16,037 nt of DNA from Pseudomonadota bacterium (GTDB lineage: Bacteria > Desulfobacterota > Desulfobacteria > Desulfobacterales > RPRI01). The position numbers were made by a program, and so were the translations under genes. Positions 1-9,081 of the stretch are shown here, piece by piece. The stretch is taken from positions 1 to 16,037 of the forward strand of contig JBDRRF010000101.1 of NCBI GenBank assembly GCA_043825875.1, read 5' to 3'. Under the pieces are notes generated by a model that was not told the DNA's origin, made no database searches, and saw only the letters and a list, made by a program, of their open reading frames with translations. How positions within the stretch are numbered: position 1 is the first letter of the stretch; the number at the start of each line of letters is the position of its first letter.

Positions 1-27
1 TAAACCCGGACATTCGGGTATAGGACG

Positions 28-61
28 TCTGTAGGGGCGTATTGCAATACGCCCTTACAGA
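28..61. repeat. GTAG-type REP-like palindrome
   Basis: TCTGTAGGGGCGTATTG|CAATACGCCCTTACAGA: 17-bp arms with one mismatch. The GTAGGGGCG...CGCCCYTAC layout is typical of GTAG-family REPs. Only one copy occurs in the window. Confidence 0.7.
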
Positions 62-75
62 TGCATTATGTATTT

Positions 76-217
76 GAGCCAGTTTCAAAACGCCCCATTT
101 TGGCCGATCTCTGCGTTGGGCTCAAATTTAAATCCTCGAAATACTAAATGTATTACTGTGGTTGTAATTTTCGCCCGCCTTGAGCTTGACCAAACTGAAA
201 CGTTTTGAAAGTGGCTC
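76..217. mobile_element. MITE-like 142-bp non-autonomous element, copy 1
   Basis: Terminal inverted repeats GAGCCAGTTTCAAAACG / CGTTTTGAAAGTGGCTC (16/17). It is the reverse complement of 15890-16031 with 6 substitutions by manual alignment. No coding capacity. Flanks ATTT/GTTC show no target duplication. Confidence 0.85.
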
Positions 218-237
218 GTTCTTAAATTATTTATTCC

Positions 238-251
238 GAGCCAGTTTCAAA
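238..251 (+). repeat. Isolated terminal-repeat remnant of the MITE-like element
   Basis: GAGCCAGTTTCAAA is identical to 76-89 and lies 20 bp beyond copy 1. Confidence 0.6.
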
Positions 252-390
252 TTAAAGTTTTCGCTATTCAGACAAGTTTAAAACCTAATAGCAAAGCTTT
301 CCGGTATTTTCAAGCAATTCTCAACAATATAAAACACTGATAAAAAATATTTTGTACAACAAACTGTAATAATATAATATTCAGATTATT

Positions 391-1503
391 TTATTCATCA
401 GGCATTGTTTCTTTCGGGTAAATTATAAGACGATCTCCCTGTTTTATATGAAGTCCTTTATTTAGATTATTCCAGATAGCAATGGACAAAAGAGGAACAT
501 TATGCTTTCTGGCGATTGAATAAAGAGTATCTCCTCTTTTCACAATATATATATTATTATTCTTTTCAGACAGAAAATTTTCCAAAAGCAAATTATAACA
601 GCTTATAAAATCATCCGAACCGGTTTTCGGGATATTTATGTTATGAGTGCCTTTTTCAAGAAAATGGCCTTTAATTTCCGGGTTAAGATTCTTTATCGTT
701 TTAAAAGTAGTGTTTGCTGCCTTTGCTATAAGCATTAAAGGGATTTTATAAGAAGATTCAATAATATAAGTATCAAAGGATATTGGCGGGTAATAGTCTT
801 TGTCTTTAATATTGAATCCGTATTTAGCCGGATTTTCCATGATGAGTTTTATTGAAAGAATCCGAAAAATGTATCTTTGGGTTTCTTCCGGAAGATAGAG
901 CTTGTAAAAATCATTTCTTTCCTGTTCATGGATTTCGGCAAGAAGGCCCTCTTCTCCCATATTATACGCAGCTGCCGCAAGAGTCCATGATCCCAGTATG
1001 CCATACAGATCCTTTAAATAAGTAATAGCTGCCTGGGTTGATATGAAAAAATTACGTCTTTCATCTTTTTTCTGATTGACGGCTAATCCGTATCTTTTCC
1101 CTGTACTGGATATAAACTGCCAGTAACCTACAGCGCCCTTTTTTGACCTGATATTCGGTCTTAATGCACTTTCTGCAACAGCAATATATTTTAAATCATC
1201 CGGCATTCCGTTTTCTTTAAGGATTTCTTCGATATAAGGAAAGTATCTGCTTGAACGTTTTAGCCATAACATAACCTGTGGTCTGTCCCAGGATGAGAGA
1301 AGAATCTCTTTTTCAAATCTTTCTCTGACCTCCTGAAGTTCAAAAGGAACGGGTTCCCCGCAAAATGTTAAAGTATCGCCGGGGATTTCGGCAATATCTG
1401 TTTGAAAGAAGAAATCGGTTTGTTCTAAAGATTCGGCATTAACAGTTGCAGAAACAAAAAAAACGCAAAGAAGCAAAACCAGTTTTTTGCAGCTTAAATA
1501 CAT
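391..1503 (-). CDS. MltD-like lytic murein transglycosylase (SLT domain plus C-terminal LysM)
   Basis: SLT motifs AVAESAL (catalytic Glu), GAVGYWQF and AAAAYNMG. LysM motif YIVKRGDTLYSIARKHNV. Start moved to ATG 1503 (MYLSCKKLVLLLC...VNA signal peptide), which removes the overlap with the upstream gene. Confidence 0.9.
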   Translation of the reverse strand: MYLSCKKLVLLLCVFFVSATVNAESLEQTDFFFQTDIAEIPGDTLTFCGEPVPFELQEVRERFEKEILLSSWDRPQVMLWLKRSSRYFPYIEEILKENGMPDDLKYIAVAESALRPNIRSKKGAVGYWQFISSTGKRYGLAVNQKKDERRNFFISTQAAITYLKDLYGILGSWTLAAAAYNMGEEGLLAEIHEQERNDFYKLYLPEETQRYIFRILSIKLIMENPAKYGFNIKDKDYYPPISFDTYIIESSYKIPLMLIAKAANTTFKTIKNLNPEIKGHFLEKGTHNINIPKTGSDDFISCYNLLLENFLSEKNNNIYIVKRGDTLYSIARKHNVPLLSIAIWNNLNKGLHIKQGDRLIIYPKETMPDE

Positions 1504-1552
1504 AATTTGCCACCAGTAATTCTTTAAGTTTAGGTTTGAATTTATTGTTAAA

Positions 1553-2284
1553 TTAAAATGCAGTTTGTCCGGCCTTCTTTCTTTCCTCTTCCTTTTTTTT
1601 AATTGCATTTTCTTCAATTGTAAGGAGATGTTTTATATTATTTGCGAAGTAAATCATTATACTGTATCTATAGCTTCCACCCCTTGAGATTGCAGAAAAT
1701 ATCAAAAAATCATTATTAATTTCCCAGGCTAAAGACATGCTTTCTCCGTTATCCCATTTGATCATGAGAGGTTCGCCATATTTTTGTTTCAGAATATCAG
1801 CAATATCTCCTTCCTTTTTTTTTGAAGTAACAGAAAAAAGCAGGGGTTTGTTTGTGTAGTTTGAAAAAACCAGTTTAATACTGTCAAAAGGTGTGTATTC
1901 ATTCTGAGGGTATCTGAAAATCAGGTTTGTGATATTATGTTCAACTCTTGCTCCCATTTCATCATTTAATTCCATGTTTAGATTATAAAGATTGGGAAAG
2001 GTTTTTTTGAAAAAGATCTTGTCGCTTAAAGAAATATCAAGGGTTCCTTTTTTTTCAACAGCATAAGAGCCAAGCTGTTTTGAAAGTTTATTTATTACCG
2101 TTTCAGATAAAATGGTATTTGATCCCAGATCAAAAAAAGTAAAACTTTCAGGAAAGGTTATTTTTGCAATTTCTGGTTTTTTTTTCTCGGCATTATCATT
2201 GCAACCGGTAACAAGAAATATTGAGAATAGAATAAAAAATATAATCGCTGAGAATAAGATTCTACTATTGACTGGTAATTTCAT
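1553..2284 (-). CDS. Hypothetical lipoprotein
   Basis: 243-aa ORF with a hydrophobic N-terminus ending in lipobox VTG-C28. It sits co-directionally between two genes with 32- and 49-bp gaps. Confidence 0.75.
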   Translation of the reverse strand: MKLPVNSRILFSAIIFFILFSIFLVTGCNDNAEKKKPEIAKITFPESFTFFDLGSNTILSETVINKLSKQLGSYAVEKKGTLDISLSDKIFFKKTFPNLYNLNMELNDEMGARVEHNITNLIFRYPQNEYTPFDSIKLVFSNYTNKPLLFSVTSKKKEGDIADILKQKYGEPLMIKWDNGESMSLAWEINNDFLIFSAISRGGSYRYSIMIYFANNIKHLLTIEENAIKKKEEERKKAGQTAF

Positions 2285-2316
2285 GCAAAAATCTATTCCT
2301 TTATAAGTATATGGTT

Positions 2317-3423
2317 TTATACTTCTATAATTTTATAATTACGGGTTCCTATTCCTAACTTTTGTGCATAATCAAGTTGTAAGGGCCAGTCAACTTTAGG
2401 ATGAACCGCCCTGAATTTATCTTCGCCAGGCCCAAGAACTGGGTTGATACAAGAACCAGGAAGAGAATATTCATTATTTACCAGATCAACCGAAGCCTGA
2501 TCTATTGCAACCGGATCATTTGAAGCAACGATTCCGATATCCCTTACGATCGGAGTATCATTGTAAGGAGCACAATCGCAATCAGGAGAAATATCTGTAA
2601 TGAAATTGATAAACAGGGACTTTCCGGCCTTGTTTTTTAATACACCCATTGTGTACTCAACCATTTTTTCGAGAAAAACCGGAATTACCGCATTCCATTT
2701 TATCTGGATGGCTTCATTTATACATATTAGAATACATTCTCCACAACCTATGCATTTGGCCGAATCGATAGAAGCTTTATCGTTAATAAGGGAAATTGCC
2801 TCCTGTGAGCAATGAGCAACACATTCTCCACAACCTATACATTTTTTTTTCTTCACACCTGGCGACATCTTTGAATGTTGCGCCATTTTGCCTCTTCTGG
2901 ACGCACAGCCCATGCCAAGATTTTTTATTGTTCCTCCAAACCCGGATAATTCGTGGCACTTGAAATGAGCAACCGAAATAAGTGAATCAGATTGGACAAT
3001 TTCAGAACCAATATAAACTTCTTTGAAATGTTTCTGGTTAATCATAACAGATGTTTCCGATTTTCCTCGTAATCCGTCCGCAATTACAATAGGTGCTTCA
3101 ATAACAGAATATGCAAAGCCATTTTGTATAGCTGTTATTAAATGATGAGGGGCATCGCTGCGGGTTCCGGCGTATAAAGTATTTGCATCCGTTAAAAAAG
3201 GAGTCCCACCTTTTGCTTTAATTAATTCTACGATTTTTCTCAAATAAACCGGGCGTATATAGGCGGTATTCCCCATTTCCCCAAAATGAATTTTTACAGC
3301 AACAAGGTCTCTTTTACTGATAGTATCAGAAATCCCGGCGGTATTAAGAAGCTTTTCAATCTTTTCAAATAGATTTTTATTGTAGGTGGCTCTTAAATTT
3401 GTAAAATAGACTTTACTCTTCAT
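2317..3423 (-). CDS. DUF362 domain protein with 2x[4Fe-4S] ferredoxin insert
   Basis: Motifs VAVKIHFGE, TDANTLY, HFKCHELSGFGGTIKNLGMG, ISPDCDC and DPVAIDQA. Two ferredoxin motifs, CIGCGECVAHC and CIGCGECILIC. Confidence 0.88.
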   Translation of the reverse strand: MKSKVYFTNLRATYNKNLFEKIEKLLNTAGISDTISKRDLVAVKIHFGEMGNTAYIRPVYLRKIVELIKAKGGTPFLTDANTLYAGTRSDAPHHLITAIQNGFAYSVIEAPIVIADGLRGKSETSVMINQKHFKEVYIGSEIVQSDSLISVAHFKCHELSGFGGTIKNLGMGCASRRGKMAQHSKMSPGVKKKKCIGCGECVAHCSQEAISLINDKASIDSAKCIGCGECILICINEAIQIKWNAVIPVFLEKMVEYTMGVLKNKAGKSLFINFITDISPDCDCAPYNDTPIVRDIGIVASNDPVAIDQASVDLVNNEYSLPGSCINPVLGPGEDKFRAVHPKVDWPLQLDYAQKLGIGTRNYKIIEV

Positions 3424-3662
3424 CTATCCCCTGTACCTTGTAAAAAATAAACATGTTGTTTTTAATGCCTTTATGAAAAGTCAAAAAATGAATTTTTGTG
3501 AGTTCATATAGTTTGTATGGACTTTGAAATTAATACTTGCATGAAATGAAATTGTCTGCTTTTTAGAAAATAGCGGCAGGAGTCATTTAAGTCAAGACGT
3601 TTAAATGCAATTCCGATAATGCCAAGCGATCTCTTTGGGATATAATGGAGTAATAAAATTAA

Positions 3663-4346
3663 ATGAATTTAAATTCAAAACTTTTAGCGCTTGAAAAAAT
3701 TTATAAAACTTACGATGATTTTACAAAAAGCATTGATACTGTTTGCAAGCAATATTGCTCCACGTGCTGTACCGGAGATGTCATAATGACAAGCATCGAA
3801 GGATATAAAATTATCCGGCATATTATATCGGAAGATAAAATATATTTGTTTGAAAAAATAAAAGCTTCTTTAGCTAAGCAAAGGTTTAGGCCCCAAACAA
3901 CCATAAATGCTTTGGCAGAGAATTGCAAAGAAGAAGATGATGCTTTTTCCGAAGTAATTAAAACGCCAATGGGTAAATGCCCCTTGTTGATAAATAATGC
4001 ATGTTCTGTATATTCTGACAGACCTTTTGCATGCAGATGTTTTGTTTCAAAGGAAGATTGTGCTAAAAACGAATGTGCAATAATTGATGATTTTGTATTG
4101 GCGGTAAATAACATTTTTTTACAGGTAATAGAACATATAGATCAGGACAGATTTACTGGCAACCTTACAGATATATTACTTTTTCTTGAATCCGAACAAA
4201 CTCGTGAAAATTTTTTGGCAGGTAGAAATATTACCCTACCGTCTTACATTGTAAATAATCGCCCTTTAAAAACACTTATGATTCCACCCGAGCACAGAGA
4301 AAAAACACTGCCTATAATAAAATCTTTAAAAGATATTACTTTTTAA
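3663..4346 (+). CDS. YkgJ-family (CxxxCxxCC) Zn/Fe-chelating cysteine cluster protein
   Basis: Motifs CKQYCSTCC, CPLL and CSVYSDRPFACR. GGAG at 3647-3650 upstream. Confidence 0.85.
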   Translation: MNLNSKLLALEKIYKTYDDFTKSIDTVCKQYCSTCCTGDVIMTSIEGYKIIRHIISEDKIYLFEKIKASLAKQRFRPQTTINALAENCKEEDDAFSEVIKTPMGKCPLLINNACSVYSDRPFACRCFVSKEDCAKNECAIIDDFVLAVNNIFLQVIEHIDQDRFTGNLTDILLFLESEQTRENFLAGRNITLPSYIVNNRPLKTLMIPPEHREKTLPIIKSLKDITF

Positions 4347-4387
4347 TACATAATTATGCCAAATAATTTTTATAAGGCCAAATTACA

Positions 4388-5788
4388 TTACTTGTCCGGG
4401 AAAATCTCTTTTGGCTTTACAGTGTTTCCAGTGGCATTGGGGAAATTTGTTGCCTTATAAGCTTTTTTGCCGCTATTTAAAAGTTCGTCTGCTTCTTCCT
4501 CAAAATTATTGAATCTTTTCTTGCATTCGTAAAATCCGTGCCACCACGAATAATCCGGGGCCATCATTGCAGTTCCCATTCTTGCCCGTCTTCCTTCGTG
4601 ATGCCATAATTCATAAAACTCAACTTCAAGCCTTTCATCGAAATATCTGCTTTCATCCAAAAGCTTTTTTTCATAAAGTTCATCCAAAAGCTTTCTGGCA
4701 GGTTTATAATATACTTCATTGTATTCACTTACTACTTTGTCCAGTTTGTAATAGTGATTATTAACCCACTTGTTGCCATGACACTGGATACAGGTTTCTT
4801 TCATTTTTTCTCTTTCTATCTTCCAGTCTGTTTTTGCAGGAAATGCTTTAAAATCCTGGGGACGAACTGTAAGGGGCGCCTGTAGTTCCCAAGACAAGCG
4901 TTCGGTAACATCATGTGAAGTTAAAACTTTGCCTGCACCTGAGATATGACATGATGCACAGGTTGGGCCTCTGAAATCAACGCCAGGAGTCCATGTACCG
5001 GGAGCCGAATTCCAGTTATAATCATCACCGTGAGCAGTATAAATATCGCCGTGTTTTGATTCCATAAAAATCTCAATCTGGGGATGATCGGGACCAAGAT
5101 GGCATTGTCCGCAAGCTTCGGGTTTTCTTGCTTCCATAACAGAAAAACGATGCCGTGTGTGGCAGCTGGTGCAGCTTCCAAGGCTTGAGTCAAGATTCAC
5201 GCGACCCACCCCTACATTAGGCCATGTTTCAGGATCAAGGGCCCCGTCTTTGGTTTTAAGAACAGTGCCATGGCATTGGAAGCAACCGGCATTTCTTTCA
5301 GTATCACTGTTCATGCCATGATTAAGCCATGGATCGATTTTCCAGATTATCTCAATTGTATTTGCGTGCTTGCTGCGGGAATACTGCTTTGCTTCATCAG
5401 GATGGCACCGCGAACAATCTTTAGGTGTTACAACTGCCGTAACAGGAACTTTAGTTTCCCTGCCACCGGAATATTCTTTTCCTTCATACTGCTTATAATG
5501 TGATTTGCTTACATCAGGATCAGATTCTTGTGCTTTATGGCAATCATAACATGTAATATTGGCGCTGGCATGGCGGCTTTGAGCCCAATCGGCAAATAGA
5601 CCCGGATTTTCTTTTTTATGACATTCTATACAGGCTACAGCCTCTTTCGGGGTGCTTCTTTCAATTCGAAATGCCTTTTCTTTAGGCATATTTCCGGCAT
5701 TTTGAGCATCTGCAATAATTGCCTTTAAAGCAATAATACTACTTATTGCTATAACAAAAGCTATGATTGTTAAAAGCCTTTTTTTCAT
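4388..5788 (-). CDS. Periplasmic octaheme cytochrome c, hydroxylamine oxidoreductase (HAO)-like family
   Basis: Signal peptide. Eight CxxCH motifs: CIECH, CYDCH, CSRCH, CFQCH, CTSCH, CGQCH, CASCH, CIQCH. HAO-family motifs CHTRHRFS, CHLGPDHPQ and PDYSWWHG. RBS AAGGGGGAG upstream. Confidence 0.92.
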   Translation of the reverse strand: MKKRLLTIIAFVIAISSIIALKAIIADAQNAGNMPKEKAFRIERSTPKEAVACIECHKKENPGLFADWAQSRHASANITCYDCHKAQESDPDVSKSHYKQYEGKEYSGGRETKVPVTAVVTPKDCSRCHPDEAKQYSRSKHANTIEIIWKIDPWLNHGMNSDTERNAGCFQCHGTVLKTKDGALDPETWPNVGVGRVNLDSSLGSCTSCHTRHRFSVMEARKPEACGQCHLGPDHPQIEIFMESKHGDIYTAHGDDYNWNSAPGTWTPGVDFRGPTCASCHISGAGKVLTSHDVTERLSWELQAPLTVRPQDFKAFPAKTDWKIEREKMKETCIQCHGNKWVNNHYYKLDKVVSEYNEVYYKPARKLLDELYEKKLLDESRYFDERLEVEFYELWHHEGRRARMGTAMMAPDYSWWHGFYECKKRFNNFEEEADELLNSGKKAYKATNFPNATGNTVKPKEIFPDK

Positions 5789-5832
5789 CTGCTCCCCCTT
5801 TAATTATGCATATATTGTCATAAATTTATCTT

Positions 5833-6384
5833 TTATAATCCGGAGCCTATATATGGCTCTTTGTATTGTTTGTAATCATAAACCTGTTTTTTATTGTGAA
5901 CCAGGTTTTTATGGCAGTCCACGCATTTTTTTTCATATCCTTCCCGTGGATATAAAACCGACCTATGGGCAAGCATTGCTCCGCGCTTATCGGGAATGTA
6001 TAAAATATTCCTGTGGCATTTTTCACATTCCCTGTTTTTAAATGTAGCATAGGCTTTTGCACGGTTTTTTTCATGATCATATTCACTTATTGTAAAATGG
6101 GCGAAAACATCTTTTATGCCGTGAACTGTTTTGGCAAAAAAGAAATTGAAGGTATCGTAAGGGGCCGGCAGGTGGCAATCCATGCAATCAGCAACAAATC
6201 CATGAGCATTGTTTACATGGCTGGATGTCTTCCAGGTATCAACAGCATATTGAATTTCATGACAGGTCGCGCAAAATTGTGGAGTTGAGGTTCTAACCAT
6301 TGTATAGTAAGTAATACTGAAAAGAGGAAAGGCTATAACAATGCCTATGAGGATAAGAATAAATTTTTTTGTATTCTTTTTCAT
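5833..6384 (-). CDS. NapC/NirT (NrfH/cM552-like) membrane-anchored tetraheme quinol dehydrogenase
   Basis: N-terminal TM helix, TSTPQFCATCHEI motif and four CxxCH (CATCH, CMDCH, CEKCH, CVDCH). ATG at 6384, with an alternative TTG at 6393. Confidence 0.92.
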   Translation of the reverse strand: MKKNTKKFILILIGIVIAFPLFSITYYTMVRTSTPQFCATCHEIQYAVDTWKTSSHVNNAHGFVADCMDCHLPAPYDTFNFFFAKTVHGIKDVFAHFTISEYDHEKNRAKAYATFKNRECEKCHRNILYIPDKRGAMLAHRSVLYPREGYEKKCVDCHKNLVHNKKQVYDYKQYKEPYIGSGL

Positions 6385-6454
6385 ACCTGACAAACCATTC
6401 TAAAGCTGTTATGGCTGTTAAGTTTGTTCCGGTCCAAAGTTTTTTTATTTTATC

Positions 6455-6471
6455 ACAATCAAATTGATTGT
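6455..6471. promoter_or_regulatory. Candidate operator palindrome upstream of the cytochrome pair
   Basis: ACAATCAA-A-TTGATTGT, a perfect 8-1-8 inverted repeat about 70 bp upstream of the tetraheme gene start. Confidence 0.4.
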
Positions 6472-6666
6472 ACAGCGTAAACTGCAATAAGCTTTCTGCC
6501 ATATGTTGCTAATGAAATTTCCACGCTGCAATTTCTTCATCAGAATTTGTTGCACAGGTTGTGGAAAAAATGCGGGGCGTTTTTGTTGGAATCTGGAATT
6601 TATAAAGCGAATAGCAAATGTATTTTGAACACTATCTGCTATCCGCTTCAAATAATAGGACGAATT

Positions 6667-7680
<1,014 letters not shown>

Positions 7681-8045
7681 TCACCTCATTATGCAAATTG
7701 TTTATATCTGCATCATGAAATCTTTGGATAACACCCTAAAAAACAAAATCAGATGTTCTTCAAAGATCCCATCATGCAATTTTAACCTTTGGTTTAAATG
7801 CAAAGTATTTTTAAAATAACAATCTAAATCACCGATGTAACAGTAATTACTATAAGATAGAATTTATGCTATCCTGTAACAAATAATCTTTTGCCTGTCA
7901 ATAATTGCTGAATGCAGTTATTCTGTTTTCAATATAATCAGACATTGCATTATGTTTTGAGCAGGGCTATAAATATGATATATATGGCAAAATATAAATT
8001 TTACAACAATTAAGTCCATCTTACTGCAAGTTTATCAGGTTTTTT

Positions 8046-9077
8046 ATGACCACATATATATTAAGACGTCTGTTATTAATAATTCCGACTTTTCTTGGAA
8101 TTACAATAATGGTTTTTGTGATTACAAGATTTGTGCCCGGAGGCCCTATCGAACGAATGATAGCTCAGGCCCAGCAAATGCAGAGCATGGGTGGAAATAG
8201 CGGAGCAAGACCTACTTCCAAGGAACAAAATCAACCCCTTTCACAAGTGCAGATTAATGAGCTGAAAAAATATTACGGTTTTGATAAACCTGTTCTTGTA
8301 AGCTATTTTCTGTGGGTGAAAAAGATACTTAAAGGAGACCTGGGTGTTTCAACGCGTTATTATGATCCGGTCTGGACCATGATAAAAGAGCGGATACCCA
8401 TATCACTTTATTTTGGAATAATTACAATGATACTTGTGCACGGGATCTGTATACCACTTGGAATCTTAAAGGCTGTAAAACATAAAAGCTCTTTTGACAA
8501 TGCAACCTCTGTAGTTGTTTTTGTCGGTTATGCAATTCCCGGATGGGTTATTGGAGTACTTTTGCTTATTTTACTTTCTTCACATTGGGATATATTTCCT
8601 TTGGGCGAATTTGTGAGTGAAAATTTTGAAGAACTCAATTATTTCCAAAAAATTACTGATATTTTGTGGCATACGGCTCTTCCTCTTATAGCTTATCTGG
8701 TCGGGTCATTTACCGTTATGACTTTTTTGATGAAAAATACACTTCTGGATAATCTTTGTGCAGATTATGTACGTACCGCAATAGCAAAGGGACTTTCTTT
8801 TAAAAAAGCCGTTTTCAGGCATGCTTTAAGAAACAGCCTTATTCCGATTGCAACTAATTTTGGTAACAATATTTCAATTATTCTAATGGGGTCTTTTTTG
8901 ATTGAAAAAGTTTTTAATATAAACGGCATGGGGCTTTTGGGATATGAAGCAATTATAGAACGCGATTATCCTGTTGTTCTCGGAATACTTGCGATTTCAT
9001 CTATTTTGCTTCTTGTTGGAAACATTATTTCAGACATTTGCGTTGCAATTGTTGATCCGAGGGTTAAGTTTGAGTGA
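8046..9077 (+). CDS. Peptide ABC transporter permease (YejB/OppB type)
   Basis: YILRRLLLIIPT, VPGGP, YGFDKP, EAA loop DYVRTAIAKGL, and DPRV near the C-terminus. Confidence 0.93.
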   Translation: MTTYILRRLLLIIPTFLGITIMVFVITRFVPGGPIERMIAQAQQMQSMGGNSGARPTSKEQNQPLSQVQINELKKYYGFDKPVLVSYFLWVKKILKGDLGVSTRYYDPVWTMIKERIPISLYFGIITMILVHGICIPLGILKAVKHKSSFDNATSVVVFVGYAIPGWVIGVLLLILLSSHWDIFPLGEFVSENFEELNYFQKITDILWHTALPLIAYLVGSFTVMTFLMKNTLLDNLCADYVRTAIAKGLSFKKAVFRHALRNSLIPIATNFGNNISIILMGSFLIEKVFNINGMGLLGYEAIIERDYPVVLGILAISSILLLVGNIISDICVAIVDPRVKFE

Positions 9078-9081
9078 AGAT

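Noticed and set aside
1504..1617. N-terminal extension of the transglycosylase ORF (likewise 8974-9081 for the second permease)
   Set aside because: Each extension overlaps the upstream gene, and a downstream ATG gives a family-typical N-terminus.
1593..2185. T8-T9 runs in the lipoprotein gene as phase-variation tracts
   Set aside because: They encode Lys runs in an AT-rich genome, the frame is intact, and similar runs occur throughout the window.
3606..6501. TGCAAT-N8-TGCCA occurring at 3606-3624 and 6483-6501, resembling sigma54 promoters on the minus strand
   Set aside because: The GG-to-GC spacing is 13 rather than the strict 10. Only two instances were found, post hoc, so chance is plausible.
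7770..7890. Weak inverted and direct repeats in the gap/ABC divergent region (AGTAATTACT; TGTAACA twice)
   Set aside because: They are short and AT-rich and do not match a known box with correct spacing. They cannot be supported without comparative data.
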